Of a DNA stretch of 64,000 nucleotides, positions 56,738-64,000 are shown piece by piece. Position numbers and translations under genes: made by a program. Source of the stretch: Mayamaea pseudoterrestris (lineage: Eukaryota); NCBI GenBank assembly GCA_027923505.1, contig BROI01000026.1:1-64000 (forward strand), written 5' to 3'. Positions within the stretch are counted from its first letter, which is position 1. Each line of letters starts with the position of its first letter. The notes under the pieces were generated by a model, which saw only the letters and a list, made by a program, of their open reading frames with translations, ran no database searches and had not been told where the DNA came from.

Positions 56738-57626
56738 CTACACTAAAGCCGCCGCCAAGTAGACGGCATGCGCCACTCCTCCGCAAAGTGCAACGAGGTT
56801 GGTCAATGACGACAAACCATGAAACTTTCCAAAATTCTTTCGCAAAGCCTTGTATTCGTCAGACGACTCTTTTCCTTGTTCCTCCATGCGATAGCGCTCG
56901 AGCATATTGTTGGTTGCCGTTGGTTCCAGAATGAATTGGTTGAACAGATTCATGGCGAGTGCCACGCCAAGGGCCGTCCGAGATTGCTTGGTCAACGACT
57001 TGATTCCAGGCAGCGTTCCGAGTTGGAGAATCAAGCAGACGGATCCGAGTAAAAAGTATTTTGGGAACTGCAGAATGCGTAGGAGAGAATGCAACCGTGA
57101 GCAGACATGATGGTACATAGTCTCGGCAATCAATGTACATTATATTCAACATGCAGATGACACTACTCACGAGCTTGGCTTGCAGCTTTCCAAACGTCTT
57201 TTTCGGTAGATTCTTGAACATTGTAATTCCAGCAATAAAGGTTGTATACACGACGGACCCAAACCAGGTGCTGAACGAAAGCATGTGAACGAGTGCCAGC
57301 GCCTTGGAGCTGAGCAACTGGCTCTGCGACTGCGCCAATACGGCGGCTCCAACGAGCGCAGCGGCGCGAAAGACTGGAGTATTGAAGAAGCGCTTCTCGG
57401 TCCATGCTTCCGTCTTTGCTGCTGCTGCAGACGATGACGGAGGCTTGGAGTCATCTGGTGACGCACTGGAAAACAGTGGCGAAAATGGTTTGGATTTGGA
57501 CGCAAACGCTCCAACACCATGACGGTTGGTCCGGTGATCGAGAGAGGCAGCAGCGGAAATCGAATAAGCGCTGGCTGTCCCGCTTACAAGAAGCACGAGC
57601 GATAGCAGAAGGAAGATGGCCTTCAT
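56738..57626 (-). CDS. TMEM205-like (DUF4149) membrane protein with N-terminal targeting sequence; intron 57068-57170
   Basis: Splicing gives TFIAGITMFKNLPKKTFGKLQAKLFPKYF. NQFILEP.AT..M and FGKFHGLSSLTNL are TMEM205 signatures. Confidence 0.85.
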
Positions 57627-57952
57627 GTTTGAATGGTAGAGTGGTCACTGAGAAAGAAGCGACAAGCAGAGGCTGGAATGGAATCACATCAATGATCGAT
57701 CGATCCCGATTGTCGCAACGATAACCGGTACGACGTGAGACGGTTTGGCGAATTTGCTACGATAGACAGCCGGTCATGCTTTATATATTAACAGTATAGC
57801 GTCTTTGGAATCAGTGGGAGTAGGCAGAATGAATGCTAACTATAAACATAAAGTTCTAGCGTCGACTCTTTCTCCGGTCGTGATTTCCACCGTGTCGCCC
57901 TTGTCAAAGGCATTCGTTTCGCTCACAACCGTCTCACGCTTTTCCTTGCTAA

Positions 57953-59008
57953 TTACGACTCACCAAACAAGCACTTCTTGGCGTTAAAGACATGCGGAGG
58001 AGGCAAACTGTCCTCCTTGCTCAATTCCTCCGCCGGAACGTCGTTTCGCTCAAAGATACAAATGTGCATTTCGCAGTGCACGCTCTGCAAATACTTGTGC
58101 AGCGTCGGAAAGCACAATTGTTCATACACATTTGGATTACCGCAGTAGTGAATATCTTTGAAAACTTGCGGCATGAAGTGAAGTCGAAACTCTGCTGTAT
58201 CGGCTTGCGGCCGCGGTTCAATGTCTTCCATGACAAGCAAACCACCTGGTGCCATGCGCGGGAACCAGAAGAAGACTGCCTTGACCATGTGATCGGAAAT
58301 GTGCGCGCCATCGTCAACCACCAATTTGAGTGGAGGAGCATTGGGAGATGCGCGCATTTTGCCCCAAACGTCGACAAGTGTATCGTAGTCGGTGGCATCG
58401 CCGCAGTGTAAACGATTCGTATCAATCAACGTTTGATAGTCGGGATGCTTCTTAGCATTATCGTTTGATAATTCATGATTTGGGAGGCAGCCAATCTCTA
58501 GCGAGTGTATTTCCGCCATGGGCATGAACTTTTGATAGAGGTCTCGTCCGCGTCCATACTGAAATCCAATCTCCAGCATTTGAAAGGGTTCCACACTGTC
58601 TCCGGCCAGCAGTGGTCCAACCCTTGCATTGTACATGGTATGATAGTAGTGGTCTATTCCTGTGCGACACTTGGGTGTGGCTGCCTGCGGCGTGCGGCAT
58701 TTACTTGGATCCTTCAAGCAGTTTGCCAAGTGGAGGGGGCCTCGCACCTTGTCCGTGCCAGTGGTGAGGCCAATGGCTTCAAAGTCGTACACTTTCTTTG
58801 GAGGTGCTATAGCAGCCGCAGAGATACTGCTGGTCAAAACCTCTTGATTCATTCTTATTCCAGACGTGGCCAAACCTTCATAGGCCGACTGCAGTTCGAT
58901 GCGCTGCTGGAAGGCGATGATTGCTGCGACGAGCAAGACCGAGAGTACAATCCATCGAAATGTACTGCTGCTGTTGCTGCTTTCGGTTGAGCGCGATATT
59001 CTTGCCAT
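57953..59008 (-). CDS. Type II membrane SAM-dependent (sugar O-)methyltransferase-like protein
   Basis: N-terminal anchor WIVLSVLLVAAIIAF. Motifs GTDK, HYYHTMY, MLEIG, LVVDDGAH and PGGLLVMEDI are typical of MycE/ElmM-like O-methyltransferases. Confidence 0.78.
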   Translation of the reverse strand: MARISRSTESSNSSSTFRWIVLSVLLVAAIIAFQQRIELQSAYEGLATSGIRMNQEVLTSSISAAAIAPPKKVYDFEAIGLTTGTDKVRGPLHLANCLKDPSKCRTPQAATPKCRTGIDHYYHTMYNARVGPLLAGDSVEPFQMLEIGFQYGRGRDLYQKFMPMAEIHSLEIGCLPNHELSNDNAKKHPDYQTLIDTNRLHCGDATDYDTLVDVWGKMRASPNAPPLKLVVDDGAHISDHMVKAVFFWFPRMAPGGLLVMEDIEPRPQADTAEFRLHFMPQVFKDIHYCGNPNVYEQLCFPTLHKYLQSVHCEMHICIFERNDVPAEELSKEDSLPPPHVFNAKKCLFGES

Positions 59009-59382
59009 GGAGCTAACGTCGCTTCGCTTTGAAAAAAGTGATAGATTCAGGAATGTTTTACAAGTTGGAAGTGATGGCAAAAGATCGAATCGAAACGAAA
59101 CGGATCCTGAATCCATTCAATACATTCAAACCCAACGCGAGGCGAGAAAAATGACTGTGACTTTTTGGCGTCGTACCGGTTATGTTACGCTCGTTTCATC
59201 GCCATGGAGAATGAAGACGCCAAATAAATAGAAAAGACAATATGACTGACTGTGAATCAAGTAGTAAATCCATCGCTGACCAAAACTTTGTGACTATCGA
59301 CGTGTGACCCGATTGATTGGAGGTTTTCTTGCTTACTCTCGGCTCTCGACTCGTCCGCAGTCAAAACCGCCGGCTACATTGC

Positions 59383-60180
59383 ATGCCTCGAGAGCAACAA
59401 AACGTTGTCTCATATGACATGGACCAGCTATTACTCAACTATCATGACGCTTGCATCTATGGACGAGACCTTGAGCTATTGCGGGACCCAGCTGGATGGT
59501 TGAATGGCGATGTGATTCACTTTTATGGCAAGCGACTCGAGCAGGATCATTCCAGTATCTTGTTCTTGGACCCAGCCGTCGTTTCCTTCTTCATGCATCA
59601 GCTCGATGACGATCCGGACGACTTTCAGGAGTTTGCGCAAACGACGAAAATGAGTCTACAGAACAAACGGCTTGCCTTTATTCCAGTCAATAATGTACTC
59701 GGGACTCTAAACTGGATGCTGCCTCACCAGGGAACCCATTGGAGCCTGGTACTTTACATTGCTAGTGACTCTGACGGAGCCAAAGATGCTTCATACGGAT
59801 TTTGGCACGTTGACTCGATTCAACATAGTTCCAATCAAGAAGCTGCAGAAAGAGTCGCGCGCAGATGGAGCAGCATCCTTCGAGCGACTGCAAATAATGA
59901 TGACGCGCGGCAACGAGAGCAAGCAACGACTGACACGACAAAACTACATCACGTTGCAAACGTTCCGCAGCAGACAAACGGTCACGACTGCGGCATGCAC
60001 GTCTTGCTGGCGGCGCAAGTCATTTGTGAGTTTGAGAAGCGAGCCGAGAGGTATCGCAGTTCACAGATTGGTCCAGCCATGGAGGCTCATCTTCAATGCG
60101 AGTCGATTCTACAAATGCGACAACGAATCTCTAATGATATACAAGCGCTCATGATGGAAAATGACCAAGTAGGCGAGTAG
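59383..60180 (+). CDS. SENP8: Ulp1/C48 cysteine protease, SENP8/NEDP1 (deneddylase)-like
   Basis: LLNYHDACIY..DL, WLN.DVI.FY, GTHWSL, HVDS and PQQTNGHDCG give the His-Asp-Cys triad. The start could alternatively be at 59419. Confidence 0.82.
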   Translation: MPREQQNVVSYDMDQLLLNYHDACIYGRDLELLRDPAGWLNGDVIHFYGKRLEQDHSSILFLDPAVVSFFMHQLDDDPDDFQEFAQTTKMSLQNKRLAFIPVNNVLGTLNWMLPHQGTHWSLVLYIASDSDGAKDASYGFWHVDSIQHSSNQEAAERVARRWSSILRATANNDDARQREQATTDTTKLHHVANVPQQTNGHDCGMHVLLAAQVICEFEKRAERYRSSQIGPAMEAHLQCESILQMRQRISNDIQALMMENDQVGE

Positions 60181-60297
60181 TATTGTAGCCAATTTACTTC
60201 TATAGCTTTAGCATAACTTGCTGCAGTTCCCTTCATTACAGCAAACAAAACAACTCTTTCTACAGCACTGCTTTCAATCAAAATCCCTCAATTGCGA

Positions 60298-61726
60298 TTA
60301 CCACTGCTTGACAAAGCCATCGTCACCTCCAATCACTGGCTCGGTGGGCGAGTAGCCCGACGCTCCCACCACAAACGGTTCCACCCAAGCCGTCAATGGA
60401 AACTCCACCGTCGCACTGTTCACGACGCGCACAACGTTACCACTGCCAGGCGTCTCAATCACCAAGTAGCATGGTCGGTCCATGCCATCCTCCGTGTACA
60501 CTTCCATGACTTGCTTGTTGTTGTTAGGGCCTTGCAGCAACTCGATGCGAGCATTCAACGGACGACCATCCGTCGTGAGCAAAATCTGAACACTGTCGAC
60601 CGACGGATCAAACGGATACGTCTTGAGCGCTCCACCTTGAATCGTCTGCGGCGGTCCCTGGAGCGGATTGGATCGCGCCGATGGAACGTCCGACTCTTCA
60701 TCCGTCTCCGCCAGTACGTGCGCCGCGAGTGGAAACTCCAACTGGCCCGTGTTGCGAATCTGAATCGTGTTGGGGCTGCGAGGAGTCTCCATGACGGCCG
60801 TGAATGGACGAACGGCGCCATCTTCCACGTAGACGCGCATCTGAAAGTGAGGAAAAAGGAGTGAAGTAGAATGAGAATGCTGAATGAAAATGACCATGCG
60901 CGAGAGAGATGATGCAACCAAAGGTTCATGTGTTTTTGATCGTCACTCTCAACACTTTCATACGCAACTTCCCCAAACTGATCACTCATCGTACCTTGTG
61001 CGGCGTATTATCTGGTCCCTGCCAAAGACTAATATCGGCATCAAGTGGTCGTCCATCCGTTTTCAGGCAAACATGAATGCGCGTAATGGATGGACTCGCA
61101 AAGGACCATGTTTTGAGCGAGCCTCCCTGCACTAGTAGCTTGGGTGACTTTGTCGCAATCATGTTGGAGGGATTCTGTGGCTCGCGCGAGGAACTAACGT
61201 TAATGGCGTTGGAGCCGCGGTCACTGCCGCGACTGCTGCTGCCAGGCAACTGCTGGGTTTTGGGGCTACTGCCCATTTTGGCATTTTCCTGCTCGAGCTG
61301 GTTCAAGCGTTCCTCCAAGCGGCGCTGTGCAAAGGAAATTGTAGAAGTGATGAATAGGAGATGATTGTGAGAAGAGACGTCGAGTATAAGATGAAAGATT
61401 ACAATCAAGCATCGTATCGAAGAATAGATTCGCCAGTCATCCTCAAAAGCTGTCACATCACATTCTATATACAGTAATACACTCACAGTCCTATCTTCAT
61501 CCGCTCGTCTCGCAAAAAAGTCCTTTGGATTCTTTGGCTGCTGCTGGTCGTCACTGTTTTGCTGCGGCGTGTTTCCCAAATCTTCCCCTCCGAGGCTGGA
61601 CAAGTAGGACCGCAGCTGCTGGTGGCAGTGCTTGGTCGGCTGCTGCTGATGCGTAATCATGAATGCGCTTGCTGACGACGATGCCGTCAAAACGCACAAG
61701 AGGGAGAGTTTCGTAAACGTCTTCAT
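60298..61726 (-). CDS. PyShell-like pyrenoid shell protein, 370 aa; exons 61726-61487, 61324-60995 and 60840-60298
   Basis: Signal peptide with ASA-F cleavage motif. Two GT..AG introns keep the frame. Tandem duplicated domain VQGGSLKTWS..GRPLDADI.LWQGPDNTP.KMRVYVEDG..RPF..V.ETP..EFPL / IQGGALKTYPFD..GRPLNARIELLQGPNNNKQV.E.YTEDG..RP...IETPGSGNVVR.VN...EFPL. The family name is recalled, not searched. Confidence 0.78.
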
Positions 61727-61914
61727 CTTGCTATAGCTATTGCGTATAGTGAGGAGAGACTCTGCTTGTGGCTGCACCTCAACTTGATTCGAAAATTTGA
61801 AATTCGTTGGATCGTGTCATGGTGTCGGATCGGGTGGAGGCAGCTGGCGGAAGATTTCGGCGATTTTTGTCGTACCGGTTATACGCAATTAAAGCTGCGT
61901 TGGTGAGGCATAAG

Positions 61915-62071
61915 TACGAAACGAGTGCCAGTGAAAGCTACGTCATATGGCAATATTACGAAACGAGTGCCAGTGAAAACTACGTCATACAGCAATAGTA
62001 CGAAACGGGTGCCAGTGAAAAGTGCGTCATGAGGCAATATAACGAAACGAGTGCCAGTGAAAACTGCGTCA
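61915..62071. repeat. 42-bp minisatellite, ~4 copies, in the divergent intergenic region between the PyShell-like gene and PSMB4
   Basis: ACGAAACG(A/G)GTGCCAGTGAAA at 61916, 61958, 62000 and 62042. Confidence 0.9.
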
Positions 62072-62236
62072 CCTCTAAGTAAGCCTTTTTGATTCGTCAT
62101 GACGCGAGATCTTGCGGCTCGCGAGGATGCGCATGGATGCCATGATCATCCCATTTTGGCCATGAGATTGACGAGCAAGAACAAGTCTTCTTCCTTAGCA
62201 ACTACTTGTATTACTGTTACTCTCTTTGTTACTATC

Positions 62237-63043
62237 ATGGCATCCCTTATCCAAGCAACGACAGCCTCCTCCAGTTTCCACCGCGAGCATACGACTCGCC
62301 CCATGGTGACTGGCACCAGCGTCGTTGGCTTGGTGTACAACGGCGGCGTCTTGCTCGCCGCCGACACGCTGCTGAGCTACGGAAGCATGGCCAAGAGTCA
62401 GAACGCCGAGCGCATCAAGGCCATTGGAAACAGTTTCGTTGTGGGAGCGTCGGGAGAATATTCCGATTACATGAAACTCTTGCGCGTCTTGGAAGACAAG
62501 CACTTGAGTGAGACGCGGACTGGCATCATTGAGGACGGTCAAACCGAAGTCACGGCGGAAAGTACATGGAACTATTTGCGCATGTTATTTTACAGCAAGC
62601 GCAACAAGATGAATCCATACTGGAACGAAGTGCTGGTCGCTGGCTTTGGTAACGTCAAGGATGCTGCTGGCGCGACGACGGGCGGTGACGGCGAAACGTC
62701 CAAACCCTTTTTAGGCATGGTGGACAAGATTGGAACGACGGTATCCGGAAACACGCTGGCGACTGGATTCGGCGCGTGGCTGGCGCTGCCGCTGCTGCGC
62801 GAAAAGTGGAGACCCGACTTGACGGAAGGTGAAGCCCGGGCGCTGCTGGAGGATTGCATGCGCGTCTTGTTTCTGAGAGACTGTCGGGCCAGTCCGCGCA
62901 TTCAGCTGGCCAAGGTGACGCGAGACGTCACCACTGGCAGTGTCGTGACGGCGGTTTCGGATCCGTACATTCTGGAGACGCAGTGGGATTCGGCGGAGTT
63001 TATGCGGCCCGTGGCTGGCTTGGAGGGTGATGGTGGTTGGTAA
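62237..63043 (+). CDS. PSMB4: Proteasome subunit beta type-4 (beta7/PRE4)
   Basis: T..PMVTGTSVVG..Y.GGV.LAADTL.SYGSMA, GASGEYSD, Y.KRNKMNPYWN, ATGFG..LALPLLR and LE.CMRVLF.RD.R. Confidence 0.95.
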   Translation: MASLIQATTASSSFHREHTTRPMVTGTSVVGLVYNGGVLLAADTLLSYGSMAKSQNAERIKAIGNSFVVGASGEYSDYMKLLRVLEDKHLSETRTGIIEDGQTEVTAESTWNYLRMLFYSKRNKMNPYWNEVLVAGFGNVKDAAGATTGGDGETSKPFLGMVDKIGTTVSGNTLATGFGAWLALPLLREKWRPDLTEGEARALLEDCMRVLFLRDCRASPRIQLAKVTRDVTTGSVVTAVSDPYILETQWDSAEFMRPVAGLEGDGGW

Positions 63044-63513
63044 TGGTATATACATGAGTGCGCAAAGCGTGGAAGCATGGGCGATGGCGGTCACGGACTA
63101 TGATAGGGTGGCATGTAAGGAAATGGAAATGAAACCGCTTTTATATGAAGTTATCAGGAGTAATTAGTACTGTATAGGAAAGAGAAGTCCACATCGCTTT
63201 CGTCAAACAAGCAGCAAGAACAAATGAATGCTCTTGCTCACAAGCCATTAAATCATATGCATTGTTACTGTGTACAAGTTTAATATAAGTTTTTGTCGCT
63301 GCCGGACGCCGCAGTATTTCTCATTGGAACCTTGTCGCTAGCTCAAAGTCAACTATCGTTGATCCGTTTCCGTCGAGTGACGTGGATGTCTGCGACGGCG
63401 GTACACTTTCAAGCACAGTCAAATTGCGCACGTCGAAACGCGACGAATGAGCGACCCAAAAATCATGGAGGATCATCATTGGATCAGCAAACAGCAAGCA
63501 AATACAAGCCTTT

Positions 63514-63569
63514 TGTATCACGAGAAACGCATTCAACTGCATGTATCACGAGAAACGCATTCAACTGCA
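63514..63569. repeat. Perfect 28-bp tandem duplication
   Basis: TGTATCACGAGAAACGCATTCAACTGCA x2. Confidence 0.9.
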
Positions 63570-64000
63570 AGTAGACGAGGCAGCCAAGCTACAGAAGGAG
63601 TAACGTGCTCGCTTTCAACGAGTCTTGCATTGGCTACGGTAGATCTGCAGACACCAGCGAGTCAAGCAGCGAGCAGGATTGAAAGGAGGCAGCGAGAACG
63701 GAGCGAGGAAACTGTTTCAACATGCTTCGCTTTAGCCATTGCTTGATTGCAGTGCTTGGTTTGACGACGCTACCATCCATCGAGGCATTCAACTCGTTTC
63801 TGCATCAATTAGCTACCAACGGAAGAGGAGTCTCGTCGTGGAGCGGCCATCATCATCCGCCCAAGACCTTTGGAATCGTTCCAGCAACACGCAGCAAGGA
63901 AACGAAAGCGTCACAGCTGCACGCTCATCGATTCGACTTTACCAATAGTTACCTTTCGTCACTATCAGGCAGTGGCACTGGGTTCACTCGCACCAAGGCC

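Noticed and set aside
61915..62071. Mini-CRISPR
   Set aside because: Intervening segments are similar to each other and too short; this is a minisatellite.
63293..64000. Short ORFs at the window end
   Set aside because: No consistent frame or recognisable domain on either strand.

Overview
Eukaryotic nuclear DNA, almost certainly from a diatom: short GT-AG introns, ASAF-type bipartite plastid-targeting presequences, silicanin-like and PyShell-like genes. About a third of the window is tandem satellite in four families with nucleosome-sized monomers: 347 bp (a diverged 2 x ~173 bp dimer, 1-~8860), 169 bp (~14180-23245), ~174 bp (~50650-51770) and ~181 bp (~51770-53290). All four are CpG-poor, and three carry an ACAA(G/C)TTGT dyad core. 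The 181-bp array contains a CpG-decayed fragment of a DNA primase large subunit gene. The rest is gene-dense. Housekeeping genes include RPL6, MRPL49, PSMB4, SENP8-like, MFS, RraA-like, DUF4336, TMEM205-like and a methyltransferase. There are also three silicanin-like paralogs and two PyShell-like pyrenoid-shell genes, one apparently fused to a ~1000-aa repeat-bearing N-terminus across a single in-frame stop. A plastid-targeted protein with 14 SYSGFPGxxWSP repeats plus a BTB domain is a candidate pyrenoid/condensate linker. Four genes carry single disabling lesions (MYND/TPR, PyShell fusion, DpnI-like, SUMO-like). All family assignments come from motif recognition by eye; no database search was run.
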